A stretch of 60,024 bases of DNA, from the IMG/VR virus record IMGVR_UViG_3300012045_000001, positions 1 through 60,024 of that record, one strand, 5' to 3'. Shown here one piece after another: positions 29,597 to 40,006 of the stretch. The notes beneath the pieces are model-generated. The model did no database searches. It was not told where the DNA came from and saw only the letters and a program-made list of their open reading frames with translations. Source of the DNA: a virus. Lineage: Duplodnaviria > Caudoviricetes. A program made the translations under genes and the position numbers. Position 1 is the first letter of the stretch. Every line of letters starts with the position of its first letter.

Positions 29597-29716
29597 CCCC
29601 CTATGATGCGATGATTGTTAAATGTGATGCAGGGACAGCGATGGCGAACTGTCCCTGCGGCTTGCTGACCCTGCTTCTCCAACCCCATCCGAAAACGAAG
29701 CGAGGGCCAACCTGTA

Positions 29717-31015
29717 TTACGCCGAGATTAGATAAGCAACCTGCTGACTGGTAATGGCCTGCACGGTCGTCGGAGTCTCTGAGTCGCCACTGACCTTCTT
29801 GGGCCGGACGACGATAGCGATTTCCGATTCCGGCGGGTCGCCGCCGAATCTAATACGAGTGGGCGCAAGTTTGACTAGACCCTGCGGTGCTAGGAACTTG
29901 ATGTTACGTCCAGAAGGGCCGCACCGGACAAAGGTTTCCAGTGTGGTCTTCGCCAAGGCCACGTTAAACAGCGCGTCTCCCGGCTCACCGAGGACGAACA
30001 GGTTGAAGCCCGAGGGCCGCTTGTCCGCTCTTTCGTGGCGAGTGGCATAAATACCCGCGCCGTCGAACTTCGGCGTAACATCGTTCTGGTAGTAATACTC
30101 GAACTCACGGCCCAGATTAGCGGCGATATAATCAACACCACCAATGGACATCTGACAGTCGCCAAAGCGAATCGGAATGATGTCCGTGCAAGGAGGCATT
30201 GTATAGGCCACGGCAGTCTGCAAGTCGGCAGACCCTAATAGTTCAACCGTGCAAGTTACCTTCTCACGACTGGAGGCCCTGACACGAATCGTATTGACAA
30301 CCACGTTCTTGAAAATGACGGGCTGTTTGTCCGAGCCGCGAAAGCCGATATAGAATGTCATAAGCGGCAACGTATAGGCCACAAGGCGAGTGATTTCGTG
30401 GATTGACCCCACGCCTCCGGTTGTCTCTACGATAACCGAAGTCCCGCCCGTCAGACCGTATGTATTGACGGCGATGATATTAACGTCCTGTTTGGCGAGT
30501 TCGCCAGCGAACGTATATGTGTATGGCCCTGCTCCGGCAACAACGATGTCCCCAGGAGTCACATTCGATAACGCATCGAGAGCCGCTTGAATAGTGGCCG
30601 CGTTTGCGTCAAAAGCAAGAGGCGCGGTTGTCTGGGCATTGGCCCCGACTTGCACCGTTAAAGTCCGTGTGCCTCCAGTGGCCGACACGGTTTCCGTCTG
30701 GACTTCGTTTGAGCCTCCGGTTGGCGAGGCCGCCACACCGTAAGCATTTGCCGCAAGTCCGGCAACGAGGTCTGGGTCAACGTCAAAGTCAATCGTCAGA
30801 CGGGCCGTTTCACCTGTGAGGATTTCAAATAGAAAGTCCTCGCCTGTGCAATCCGTTACGTCTTCGGTTGTTGATTCAACGTCCAAGTAGTTACGCGAAG
30901 TGGCAGGGAAAGCACGGGTCACGTCTGCGTTACCTAGTGCAATGTCCCAGCCGCTTTGCCGTTTCCAAGTGGGCGAATACCCAATGGTTAATTGACTGGC
31001 TCTACGCATTGTCAT
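29717..31015 (-). CDS. major tail tube protein with inserted Ig-like segment
   Basis: Position; NEVQT...TAPLAFDA...IQAAL insert. Confidence 0.7.
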   Translation of the reverse strand: MTMRRASQLTIGYSPTWKRQSGWDIALGNADVTRAFPATSRNYLDVESTTEDVTDCTGEDFLFEILTGETARLTIDFDVDPDLVAGLAANAYGVAASPTGGSNEVQTETVSATGGTRTLTVQVGANAQTTAPLAFDANAATIQAALDALSNVTPGDIVVAGAGPYTYTFAGELAKQDVNIIAVNTYGLTGGTSVIVETTGGVGSIHEITRLVAYTLPLMTFYIGFRGSDKQPVIFKNVVVNTIRVRASSREKVTCTVELLGSADLQTAVAYTMPPCTDIIPIRFGDCQMSIGGVDYIAANLGREFEYYYQNDVTPKFDGAGIYATRHERADKRPSGFNLFVLGEPGDALFNVALAKTTLETFVRCGPSGRNIKFLAPQGLVKLAPTRIRFGGDPPESEIAIVVRPKKVSGDSETPTTVQAITSQQVAYLISA

Positions 31016-31062
31016 AATGTTATAATCTCCTTACTTTACTAAAACGTGCGGACGCGCCGCGC

Positions 31063-31407
31063 CTATTCGCCCTTTGGCTTGAACAGCTTGAAATCGTTGA
31101 ACTGGGCCACGAGTGCCGAAGCGTTGTCCGTCTGGAATCCGGCGCGTTGTCCGGCTTCGTCTGGAATCATCACGGTCTTCATTCCGATATTAAGAGGCCC
31201 TTCCGGTAGAGGCTTACCTTCCTTACCTAAAATCACGTTACGCTCTCCGGCCTCTGCTGGAGGATTCTCGCCTCCGGTCTGCGGAGGAGTTATTGTTGTT
31301 GGTTGTGTTGGCGGCACTGTCCCTTGCTCCGTTTGGCCCTGACCAGTGGTATCCGCACCTGTTTGATCGTCTGTTGTGACAATCGTTTGTTCCGTATCTG
31401 GACTCAT
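31063..31407 (-). CDS. hypothetical virion-module protein
   Basis: AGGAG RBS. Confidence 0.55.
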   Translation of the reverse strand: MSPDTEQTIVTTDDQTGADTTGQGQTEQGTVPPTQPTTITPPQTGGENPPAEAGERNVILGKEGKPLPEGPLNIGMKTVMIPDEAGQRAGFQTDNASALVAQFNDFKLFKPKGE

Positions 31408-31428
31408 AAGTTTATGTCTCCTATATTA

Positions 31429-32019
31429 TTAAACTAGAATGCCTGTGCATTTAACCGTCAGTGACCAGTCGGCAGTGTGCAGACGGCCTCCCGTTTCTTC
31501 GTCCGTGACTGTCCCAGCGTTATAACTCTGGAGATAGTCGTGCGAACAGTTGTTAAAACCGAGTGTTCGGTTATTCTTGAAGGCTCTCCGCACCGTCATA
31601 TAGACGGCCATAAAAAGCGTTCTCGAATTTGTGTAAATCAGTCGGCCTGCCGCGTTGTCCCACTCGTCCACAACTTCCAAATCAAACGTAATCGGATACG
31701 TGAAATTTAGCTGGGTGTGAAGGTCGTTGGTTTTCTCAAACTCCTCCACTGAGGGAATGCCAATCTGAATGATAGATGTTATGGCCTTACGGTCTGTTAC
31801 TTGGTCTGGGACAGTCGAGATTAGCAAGTCCTCCTCGTCATTGTCAGCGAATCTCTCACGAGCCTCTATCTTTACATAGTCGGTTAAGTTCGGAACAGCA
31901 ATGATGGTGTCCCGTATCTTTCCGGCCAGAGTTTGTTCTAGCTGAATCTCGTCGGCTGGCAATGTAACGAGTATGGCATCTGGATTGTGTGCTGGCGCAG
32001 GGCCAATTCTGTTCTTCAT
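31429..32019 (-). CDS. putative tail terminator
   Basis: Position before major tail gene. Confidence 0.5.
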   Translation of the reverse strand: MKNRIGPAPAHNPDAILVTLPADEIQLEQTLAGKIRDTIIAVPNLTDYVKIEARERFADNDEEDLLISTVPDQVTDRKAITSIIQIGIPSVEEFEKTNDLHTQLNFTYPITFDLEVVDEWDNAAGRLIYTNSRTLFMAVYMTVRRAFKNNRTLGFNNCSHDYLQSYNAGTVTDEETGGRLHTADWSLTVKCTGILV

Positions 32020-32020
32020 A

Positions 32021-32683
32021 TTATCCTCGGCTTATCTCCGTCGCCGCACGAGAAAGAGCATTACGAATCTCCTGCAAGATACGGGCCTGATTTGCGTCCA
32101 ACGCTTTCTTATTCCAGTGCGTCGGTCTAATTCCTCTTTCAAATACTACACGGGCCGCTAAGAACGCGAGTCGTTTAGCGTCCTTCTTTTTGGCCCGTCG
32201 TCTCTGGTCGGAGTTCAAAGTCACGTTCTTTGTCCGTTTGATGCGATTGACCTTAGCGAGTGGTCTTGCCGTTCTCGCCCTAGGCCTTCTGGTCAAGCTG
32301 GAAAGCACCCGCTCGTTCGAGCCTTCGAGTCTGACCTTCTTCGATTCGTTTCCTGCGGCTTTCCTTTCAGCCCACTTGTAGATATTGCTACCGACACCGA
32401 ACGGGGGAAACTTTCCACGGCCCATTCCATACGCATCAACAAAGGCCTGCACCAGTGTCGAATAGACCGTAAGCTGAATGTTAGCTTGCTGGGTCTTTAC
32501 CTCAATCCTCAAGGACTTCTGCGAGTCGCCCCTGTCCCGTCTCATTCTGGTTTCGGCAGAGGCTTTGAGTCTCTTTCCGAGGCCCTCCATCCCGCCGCGT
32601 AAGTTACGAGCGAGGATAGGCAAGGCATTTTTAAGGCCTTGGTCTTTGTGGGCAATCAATCTGAATCCTATGGCAAATGGCAT
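32021..32683 (-). CDS. putative neck / tail completion protein
   Basis: Basic; synteny. Confidence 0.5.
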   Translation of the reverse strand: MPFAIGFRLIAHKDQGLKNALPILARNLRGGMEGLGKRLKASAETRMRRDRGDSQKSLRIEVKTQQANIQLTVYSTLVQAFVDAYGMGRGKFPPFGVGSNIYKWAERKAAGNESKKVRLEGSNERVLSSLTRRPRARTARPLAKVNRIKRTKNVTLNSDQRRRAKKKDAKRLAFLAARVVFERGIRPTHWNKKALDANQARILQEIRNALSRAATEISRG

Positions 32684-33090
32684 TATCGTTTGTTATCGAA
32701 GAACTTGTCTCGTAGTGTTCGTATCTTGCACGTTAAAGTATAGACTTGGGCCTCATTAGGGGCCAATGGTTCGACACTAGCGACGATGTATATTTCACCT
32801 AACACTTCAACGTGCAAGTCCTTCAAACGGATAGTGCGCTCTATTCCAGCATTAGCTTTTATATGTGCTACTTGGTAAATCACACTGCTTCCGTCATCTC
32901 TTGTAACTTCATCTCCGGCTATCCGGTCAAATCCTTTCTTGATGAATTGGGCCACTCTCCAGCCAGCAAACTGCACCGAGTCCGGTGTCATAAACTTCAT
33001 CGTTGCGTCTCTGCCAAGGCGAAGCAGTCTCGACACATCAAGATTAACTCCAGCTACGATTGTATCAACACTAACCAGTGGCCCTGCCAT
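32683..33090 (-). CDS. putative head closure protein
   Basis: Synteny and size. Confidence 0.45.
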   Translation of the reverse strand: MAGPLVSVDTIVAGVNLDVSRLLRLGRDATMKFMTPDSVQFAGWRVAQFIKKGFDRIAGDEVTRDDGSSVIYQVAHIKANAGIERTIRLKDLHVEVLGEIYIVASVEPLAPNEAQVYTLTCKIRTLRDKFFDNKR

Positions 33091-33092
33091 TG

Positions 33093-33530
33093 TTAATATC
33101 TCCTTCCGGTTTTATCGGCCTTGAGAATCGAATCATCATTTAGGGTGATGTCCTGCACTCTGCGCTGGACAAGGACAAACGATGTTCGGCCAAAGGTCAT
33201 CGGAAACTCGTAGAGAGTATTCAATACATCCTGAGCCAGAGCAAACCAGTTCGATTGAGTTGTGAAGTAACTCTGGGCCTTGTCAGACCCAGAGGATTCA
33301 ACAACAATCGCAGGCAACTCATCCAGCGCGGTTAAGACGGCTTTAAGGGCCTGGGTCTTAACCGTAGGCAGGAGTTGTTCTGCGTCAATCTTTCCAGATA
33401 GCAAAGGCCAACGGCCTACTGCATTCGCGTAGGCTGGATAATGCTTGACGAGATTCTCCAGTGCCAACTGTTGTGATGCAGTCAGGGCCGGAGTAATCTT
33501 CTCAGCGTCTATTTGTTCTAGCGTAATCAT
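33093..33530 (-). CDS. putative head-tail adaptor
   Basis: Synteny and size. Confidence 0.45.
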   Translation of the reverse strand: MITLEQIDAEKITPALTASQQLALENLVKHYPAYANAVGRWPLLSGKIDAEQLLPTVKTQALKAVLTALDELPAIVVESSGSDKAQSYFTTQSNWFALAQDVLNTLYEFPMTFGRTSFVLVQRRVQDITLNDDSILKADKTGRRY

Positions 33531-33548
33531 TGGCCTTACTCTCCTTTA

Positions 33549-34238
33549 TTAAAACTCCGGTGAATCGTCATCCTTGGTATTCGCTGTCCCGCTTCCCTGT
33601 TTCTCGTGTCCAACAGGGCCGCCCGATGGTGTCGGACTTGCGGCCGATTGCGCTCCTTCTGCAACTATCAAACGCTCACGCATCATTTCAAGTTCACGTT
33701 CGGCACGGATACGGGCATCCCGTTCTTTCTGCACGTCCGATGTTTCGGAAGCTGGAGTAACTGTGACCTGAGACATAAGGGCCTCCTCGGGAGTAGCCAG
33801 TCTGACTGCTTCGAGTTCAAAGAGTCTCCGTGCGCCTCTGCGAACATTATCCATTTCACCGTCTTTGCCCCAGTTGCCAAAGAAGCGGGACAAGTGACGA
33901 ACATTGCCGCGCATAAATCCTTCACCGTTAGGGCCTGAGACGTAATCAACAAGGACTACAACTCTGTCGCCCTCGCCCTCATTGTCCGCGCCAATCGCAA
34001 TCTGCGGGGCGATTTCTTCCGAGTGAATGTCTCCGAGGCCAGCTAGGACGAGGCTCTTGCGTCTTGATTCTTCCGTCACTGTGCCTGGGTTGGCCCCCAT
34101 AATGTTGTGTGGTGCAAACTGCGGGGCCTGTGACGCGCCATCCACAGCCACTTCATTCGTCTGCTGGACTCCTCCGTTTGTTACCGGAATCGTTTGTGCC
34201 AGTCCTCTTGCTGGCAAATCATTTGTTCTGTTAGCCAT
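33549..34238 (-). CDS. hypothetical protein after capsid gene
   Basis: GGAG RBS; 229 aa ORF. Confidence 0.6.
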   Translation of the reverse strand: MANRTNDLPARGLAQTIPVTNGGVQQTNEVAVDGASQAPQFAPHNIMGANPGTVTEESRRKSLVLAGLGDIHSEEIAPQIAIGADNEGEGDRVVVLVDYVSGPNGEGFMRGNVRHLSRFFGNWGKDGEMDNVRRGARRLFELEAVRLATPEEALMSQVTVTPASETSDVQKERDARIRAERELEMMRERLIVAEGAQSAASPTPSGGPVGHEKQGSGTANTKDDDSPEF

Positions 34239-34309
34239 ATTATTTCTCCGATAGGGTTTGTATTAAGAGGGCCAGCACTTGCCAGCCCTCCGTTAGTTAG
34301 ACTTGCTAG

Positions 34310-35338
34310 TTAGCAAGTTGCCTTGATGATTGCCGAGCCGTAAAAGATAACGAGGCCCCCGTTGTGGCCGCGATGAACTTCAATCAATCTCGGAACTCTG
34401 CGGTCAACGTGGTCAATGACCTTCTCATAACGGCCAGGGGCCATATTCTCGTTCTGTGCATTACGCACCATACGATACTCGCCCAGTCTGTCGCCGTTTG
34501 AACGTGCGCCGACAATAGACAAAACTCGGTCTGGAATCCACTTGGTAAATGTCCCAGTCGCTTCTGCAAAGTAACCTTCGTCGTATTCAACGAGGGTCGG
34601 CAGATTGTTAAGGGTAAGCATCTGATTGATGTCGCCCAGAGTTTTGAGAGGCCGTGCGTTTCCTGCCGATGTCGAGAGTTGGCCTCCAAGGTCGTTCAAG
34701 TTACGGTTACGAAGCAAGTAAGTAACAGTAACCGAGTTCAAGAAGATTTGCGCTCCCGCTCCGAAGTTGACACTCTTTCCGGTCTGCAAAAGACGCAGGC
34801 CCAAGAGGTCAGCCAGAGGAGTCGAGTTGACTAAATCTGACCAGTCCGAAAAGATGGCCGTCTGAATCGGGAAGATGTCACCATACACCGCACCCGTTGG
34901 GCCGATGAAAGTGAACTGTCCATCGAGTAGTGCCTTCCAGTGGATAAATTCGAGAAGGTCTGTTTCACGGTTGTTCAAGTAGTCTTGACGTTCCGTTATC
35001 AGTTCCGAAATATCAACTGGCTGGCCCGACGGGACTTGCTGGGCGCGAAGGGTCATCATCTTCTCGTCCACAGTCATATACTCGCCATAGACTCCAGGCT
35101 GGGCCGAGAATGCTTTCTCGCCAACCATCGTGACATAGCTAGGCTCACCGTTAAGGCCGCGAAGCTGTTGAAATCCTCTCCAGTTGTCCTTCTGAGACCA
35201 TTCGAGCGTCCAGAATTGTGAATCAACCGTAGGGAAGATTTGGAACGTGGGCCGATTACGAGTAAGATTCTGAATCTTCTCAGGGTTAATCTCCCGCAGT
35301 TCCCTTGTTGTTGGATATTGGTAATTTACTAAACTCAT
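34310..35338 (-). CDS. major capsid protein (lambda gpE-like)
   Basis: 342 aa after protease and decoration genes; WSD...PLADL motif. Confidence 0.8.
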   Translation of the reverse strand: MSLVNYQYPTTRELREINPEKIQNLTRNRPTFQIFPTVDSQFWTLEWSQKDNWRGFQQLRGLNGEPSYVTMVGEKAFSAQPGVYGEYMTVDEKMMTLRAQQVPSGQPVDISELITERQDYLNNRETDLLEFIHWKALLDGQFTFIGPTGAVYGDIFPIQTAIFSDWSDLVNSTPLADLLGLRLLQTGKSVNFGAGAQIFLNSVTVTYLLRNRNLNDLGGQLSTSAGNARPLKTLGDINQMLTLNNLPTLVEYDEGYFAEATGTFTKWIPDRVLSIVGARSNGDRLGEYRMVRNAQNENMAPGRYEKVIDHVDRRVPRLIEVHRGHNGGLVIFYGSAIIKATC

Positions 35339-35382
35339 TTAATTGTCTCCTATCAACATTGGATTAAAAGGGCCGCGGCCCA

Positions 35383-35835
35383 CTATGCGGCAACTGGGGC
35401 CGCGCCTAGTTCGATGATGCCTGCTGTAACCGTTCCGCGAAGGATACGGCCAACTGTCGGCGCATTGCCAACTGTCAGGCCCACAAGGTCTTGCGTTTTG
35501 AAAAAGCCCTGATAGTAGAAGCAGTCGCTTCCTTCAAACACTTCTCCACTGCCAGCGATAAAGATTGACCCTAACTGGGACTGTCCAAATTCATTAACCG
35601 TAATCGGGTATTTAACTACTCGACGCGGCCCGTCGTATCCGGCTGTGCCAACCTTGGCCCAGACGTTTGTTCCGTCATCCTTCTGGGCAACGATTTGTCC
35701 TTTCGGATAAGTGATTGTTAAGCCTGCTCCGGCCGCGAGAAAAACTCCGTGGTCAGTTCTGGCGTGTTCCGGCACTTGTGCTGGCTCTAGGAAGTCCCAA
35801 GTGCGGCCTGTCGTTCTAATAGCTGTATTCTGCAT
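35383..35835 (-). CDS. head decoration protein
   Basis: 150 aa between protease and capsid; YPKGQIVAQ. Confidence 0.65.
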   Translation of the reverse strand: MQNTAIRTTGRTWDFLEPAQVPEHARTDHGVFLAAGAGLTITYPKGQIVAQKDDGTNVWAKVGTAGYDGPRRVVKYPITVNEFGQSQLGSIFIAGSGEVFEGSDCFYYQGFFKTQDLVGLTVGNAPTVGRILRGTVTAGIIELGAAPVAA

Positions 35836-35910
35836 ATTTGCTCCTTATCTATATTAGTTTCTGGGACACCCTTCGATGTCCGTAATTGACTTGCAAGTTT
35901 ATGGCCTGCC

Positions 35911-36558
35911 TTACTTTGCTTCCTGAGCCGCTAGAACAGCTTGGCCCTGTGAAGACGATGCGAGAAGTTGTTTGCGACGTTCGGGAGTCATAATCTCCTG
36001 AGTCTTAACATTCTCATTATCGCCTTCGGCCAAGACCGACGCGACGATAGAACCATTACGAATACCTTCGATTGATTGCTGGGCCAAACCGTGTCTGGGC
36101 ATCGCCAGATAACGTGCGCGGACTGCGGCCTCTCTTGTGCCTTCTGCAATCTTCCCTTCCGCATCAACAAAAGCGACTGTGCCTCCGTAGAGAACATCAT
36201 CAATCTTTGCAGTCAAAAGGTCGGAAGCGGCGTGTCCAGCCTGAGCAGGCCAGATGCGGCTATCCGTTGTCATATTATTAGCGAACAACTCTGCCGAATC
36301 CGCGAAGCGTTCTTCGAGGTCAGCGCGAGTCGGTAATTGGGCCGCAACCGGAACGACTTTCGCCGCATCAAGTTGTGCCTGTGTGAAGCCTTCGCCATTT
36401 GAATCAGTTCCAATGGTTTCGCCTTCTTCCGTCCCAGCCGCGACTACGGGTGTGTCAATCTCTGTGGACTTCGTATCCGTAGTCGGGGCTGGGGCCACTC
36501 CAGTAACGACAGTTTCGCTACTGGCTTTGAACTTATCTATCATTGCTTTCAGTCCCAT
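35911..36558 (-). CDS. possible nested in-frame scaffold protein (lambda Nu3-like)
   Basis: Internal ATG (MGLKAM) preceded by GAGG after the protease domain. Confidence 0.45.
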   Translation of the reverse strand: MGLKAMIDKFKASSETVVTGVAPAPTTDTKSTEIDTPVVAAGTEEGETIGTDSNGEGFTQAQLDAAKVVPVAAQLPTRADLEERFADSAELFANNMTTDSRIWPAQAGHAASDLLTAKIDDVLYGGTVAFVDAEGKIAEGTREAAVRARYLAMPRHGLAQQSIEGIRNGSIVASVLAEGDNENVKTQEIMTPERRKQLLASSSQGQAVLAAQEAK

Positions 36559-37551
36559 ATTTTCATCCTCACTAAATTGTAATAACTCAAACGCCTCGTG
36601 GCCTGCTTGAGCGGTTTGTGCTTTTGCCTTACGGCCACGTCGGAAGCCCTTTGCCTCATTAGCGGCCAGTTCTACTACACTGCTGATTGTGCCGATAGCG
36701 TCAACCAATCCCTGCGCCAACGCCCTTGGCCCAACCTTCACTGCACCCTGACCGTAATCGGCCAAGACCTTCTCACGGGACACCCCGCGAAAGATACTAA
36801 CGTCCTCGACAAATATCTCGCCAAGGTCATCAACCTGTTCTTGAAGAATCGCACGGCCTTCCTTCTTATCAGCGTCGGGCCGCTTGTTAGGACTGATTGA
36901 AGAAACGACTTCAATCACACCCTTCTCGTTGGCCCTCGCTGTTAAGACAACTCCGATTGAACCAACCAGAGCCGAACGTGATGCGAATATCCTCTGCGCC
37001 GGAGAGCCAGCGTAATAAGCGGCCGAGGCCATATAGCCTGCCGCAAAGCTGAATACTGGTTTAGCACCGAAGTCAACGGCCTGCTTGATAAGGCCCGCTC
37101 CGTCTCCGATGCCGCGAACGTCCCCGCCTGGACTGTCAATGTTCATCACGATTGCTGAAACATCTTCGTCGTTGTAGGCCTTGAGGAAGTCCGATGTGAA
37201 CTGCGAGATACTGGTTGCGCCGGATGATGTCATCATATTGGCCCTCGGGTATATCGCTCCGATTAAATCAATGACCGCAACGCCGTTCTCGAAGACCCGA
37301 ACATACTCGGTGTCTTCCATACGAACGCCGCGTTTGGTTTCAATGGCCAAAGCGTCTAAGGACTGGAGATGCAAGTTTGCTCCCAAGTCCTCATTCTCGG
37401 CCATAATCGCATTCAGCATCTCCTCGGAGATTGGGCCACCCCTACTGACGGCTTGTAAATACAGTTCTTGCAGAGCGAACAGCCCGTCCTCCGTGATGGC
37501 CCAAAAGGTTGAGAGGGCTGAATCCATAATCCGCATTGTTTGTTTTGCCAT
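35911..37551 (-). CDS. S49 capsid maturation protease with C-terminal scaffold
   Basis: IDSPGG, MASAAYY, VGSIGV motifs. Confidence 0.9.
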   Translation of the reverse strand: MAKQTMRIMDSALSTFWAITEDGLFALQELYLQAVSRGGPISEEMLNAIMAENEDLGANLHLQSLDALAIETKRGVRMEDTEYVRVFENGVAVIDLIGAIYPRANMMTSSGATSISQFTSDFLKAYNDEDVSAIVMNIDSPGGDVRGIGDGAGLIKQAVDFGAKPVFSFAAGYMASAAYYAGSPAQRIFASRSALVGSIGVVLTARANEKGVIEVVSSISPNKRPDADKKEGRAILQEQVDDLGEIFVEDVSIFRGVSREKVLADYGQGAVKVGPRALAQGLVDAIGTISSVVELAANEAKGFRRGRKAKAQTAQAGHEAFELLQFSEDENMGLKAMIDKFKASSETVVTGVAPAPTTDTKSTEIDTPVVAAGTEEGETIGTDSNGEGFTQAQLDAAKVVPVAAQLPTRADLEERFADSAELFANNMTTDSRIWPAQAGHAASDLLTAKIDDVLYGGTVAFVDAEGKIAEGTREAAVRARYLAMPRHGLAQQSIEGIRNGSIVASVLAEGDNENVKTQEIMTPERRKQLLASSSQGQAVLAAQEAK

Positions 37552-39178
37552 TTTTCTTCTCCGTGCCGTTCCCTGCGTTACGGTCTTTGTTTGATTTCTG
37601 CTTGTCCGGCCTCGCCTTGTTCGGCTTGACTGGCTCACCATTGATGTCCGCTTCGGCCAGAGCATCCTGCATTAGTTCCTGACGCGAAGGGCCAGGACGG
37701 GGAAGATTCATCCACGCCATAAGTTCCGCACGTTGCGTGTCATCAATGAATCCTTGGAAGTAGGCCTTACTGATTACTTCCAAATCGTGCGCCCAGTCTC
37801 GTCTCACAAAGTCTCCGAGAGACACCATCGGCAAATAGCGCACGGCCCATTCACCAAGATTGATTCTAACAGCCACTTCAAAGAGGTCGGCCTGAGTCAT
37901 CACAGCAATCAGCCAGCGAATCCAGAACACCAAGCTATGCAGTAATTCAGCAACTTGCTGAGAAGCACTACGGGCCTGATGCTCTCCTTCTGATTGGGCC
38001 AATGTTTGTAAGAGTATTGCATTCTCCATCTGGTCGTCAACGACTTTGAGGACTTTGCTGAAAAAGTCCGCGTCCGATGAGCCAGTCTTCTTGAACGGTT
38101 CGAGTTTCGCGCCCCAAGGTATGACGGCCCCACTGCCGGAGCGGAAACCTTTGATTTGTTCCCCCATTGATTCGGCGGCCGTAAGCATCTTCGGAACTTG
38201 CATTGTCTCTGGGTCTTCATAGATTATGTTTCCGGCTACGTCTCTCTCGAACTCAAATGCAGGGCTATTCTCCGGCAGTGTCCCAACAGCTTTGGGGACT
38301 GATTCTTCCAAGATAAAGCGAAGCATCTCTGCGGGTATCTGGGACTTTAGATTAAACCAGTTGAAAGCGGGCCTGTAAGACGACTTCCCGCGTGGGTCTT
38401 CATTCTGTTTGTTTAACGTAAGAACTATGAACTTATCGCGGGACACGACTTCATTCCATTTAAGAGTCGAGCGGTTGGAATGATAGCGGGGAGTCAATCC
38501 GAGGACTGTCATATAATCATCCACAACAAAAAGGGCCGCACCACGCGGTTTAACCTTGATGGCCTTTGGCATTAAACGAGTCCTTGCTTCTCGGAGTTGT
38601 GGGCGTTTAATTCCCACATCCTTAGAATCGGCTGGGACTGTATGGCGGGAGAAGAAACCGAAGTTCTCAAGCATAGATGAAAACTTGGACTTACTCACTT
38701 GCGGTGTTTTAGCTTCGGCAGGCTTGGAGGATGACCCGTCAATGCGATATTCCCACTCGACTTCGCCCAACCCGTGACCGTGTGCAATGGCGTTGCCTAG
38801 AATCTGTTCGTATGTCTCACGTATGGGCCTATCGAGTCCTCCAACGATACGCTGGCAGAACTCCATAACTTCAACAAATATCTGATATTCCTCCGCTCCG
38901 ACTTCATCCTCGGTGGCCCCTGGGGCCAGTTGAAGGTCATCCGAGAGGGCGTTTGTAATGAGAATGCGCTTACCCTTGGCTATGGTCGCATCATTCTCCA
39001 TCCGGTCATACGTGGCCAAGTCAACTTCGATTTCAACGTCATCAATCGTGGAGGCCAGAACATTCTGTTGGCTCACTGAGTAGCCAGTCACATTGATATA
39101 CTGACGACGAAAATCGTCCGCTACTCGAAGGCGCACGTTATCCGGTCTTTTGGGCATACTCAATACATTGCTTTGCAT
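37442..39178 (-). CDS. portal protein (DUF935/Mu gp29-like)
   Basis: Between terminase region and protease; GHGLGEVEW, DPRGKS, ILLQTL. Confidence 0.8.
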   Translation of the reverse strand: MQSNVLSMPKRPDNVRLRVADDFRRQYINVTGYSVSQQNVLASTIDDVEIEVDLATYDRMENDATIAKGKRILITNALSDDLQLAPGATEDEVGAEEYQIFVEVMEFCQRIVGGLDRPIRETYEQILGNAIAHGHGLGEVEWEYRIDGSSSKPAEAKTPQVSKSKFSSMLENFGFFSRHTVPADSKDVGIKRPQLREARTRLMPKAIKVKPRGAALFVVDDYMTVLGLTPRYHSNRSTLKWNEVVSRDKFIVLTLNKQNEDPRGKSSYRPAFNWFNLKSQIPAEMLRFILEESVPKAVGTLPENSPAFEFERDVAGNIIYEDPETMQVPKMLTAAESMGEQIKGFRSGSGAVIPWGAKLEPFKKTGSSDADFFSKVLKVVDDQMENAILLQTLAQSEGEHQARSASQQVAELLHSLVFWIRWLIAVMTQADLFEVAVRINLGEWAVRYLPMVSLGDFVRRDWAHDLEVISKAYFQGFIDDTQRAELMAWMNLPRPGPSRQELMQDALAEADINGEPVKPNKARPDKQKSNKDRNAGNGTEKKNGKTNNADYGFSPLNLLGHHGGRAVRSARTVFTSRQ

Positions 39179-39265
39179 ATACTTAGTCCCTTTAGGTTTG
39201 GTTACTGATTAGTTTGGTGTCTCGTGTCTCGTTTGGGCCAATGTCTCAAGTCGGCCACTTGTTAG

Positions 39266-39295
39266 ACCTTATACCAAAGGGAAGGGACTTGTCAA
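39266..39295 (-). promoter_or_regulatory. late-strand promoter for head operon
   Basis: TTGACA-N18-TAAGGT. Confidence 0.65.
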
Positions 39296-39318
39296 GGGAA
39301 ATGAGGAATTACAGGCAC

Positions 39319-39351
39319 AAAAAAGCCCGTCCCTCGTGTGCAGGGACGAGC
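39319..39351 (-). terminator. intrinsic terminator
   Basis: GCTCGTCCCT..AGGGACGGGC stem followed by T6. Confidence 0.75.
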
Positions 39352-39371
39352 AGATTACCTTTTAAGCAGGA

Positions 39372-39914
39372 CTACTTGGTGAGTGAAAACTTGGGCTTTC
39401 CACTACCCGCTTTACCTTTCGTCGCAGGAGTCTCGTAAGCCACGGAAGTCTTGCGTCCGCTTGGTTTAGGAGTAGGAGAGGCCACTTTCTTCGGGGCCAC
39501 TTTTGCCACTGTTTTGCCGTTGCCTGCAACTTTCTTAGCGGCATTTGCCAGAGCATTCGGCGCAACTGCTTTTTTCGCAACCGGAGCAACCGGACGAGTC
39601 GGCCGTGTTGGTTGCTTCGAGGCCACTGGGCGTGTCGGTCTGGTCGGTTTGACCGGAGCAGTGACCTTAGCTGGTGCGCGTCGAGCGGCGGACTGGGCCG
39701 GTCTTGACTGCGTGAATACCATTCCTCTCGCGGCCTCCGCTTCCCTGCCTCTGATAATTCGGCCTCCGGTCATCACCTTTCCGGTGACTTCAAACTCTAT
39801 CATATCGCCTTTCTTGCCCCCGAGCGCGTTAATTAGTCCCGAGGGAATCTTACCGCGCTTAGTGTTGCTTGCGCCTTCTTCGTTGATTGTAGCGTGGAAC
39901 TTTACTGTTGCCAT
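39372..39914 (-). CDS. AbrB-like DNA-binding protein with histone H1-like K/A/P tail
   Basis: GKIPSGLINALGGKKGDMIEFEV; own promoter and terminator. Confidence 0.65.
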   Translation of the reverse strand: MATVKFHATINEEGASNTKRGKIPSGLINALGGKKGDMIEFEVTGKVMTGGRIIRGREAEAARGMVFTQSRPAQSAARRAPAKVTAPVKPTRPTRPVASKQPTRPTRPVAPVAKKAVAPNALANAAKKVAGNGKTVAKVAPKKVASPTPKPSGRKTSVAYETPATKGKAGSGKPKFSLTK

Positions 39915-39973
39915 CTTGTTTTTACCTTCCTGTATATTTAGTATTGCGTCCCACTCCAAGGGCCGAGGATTAA

Positions 39974-40003
39974 ACCTTACCGCACCTGAGAGCCACTTGT
40001 CAA
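39974..40003 (-). promoter_or_regulatory. promoter
   Basis: TTGACA-N18-TAAGGT. Confidence 0.65.
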
Positions 40004-40006
40004 GTC

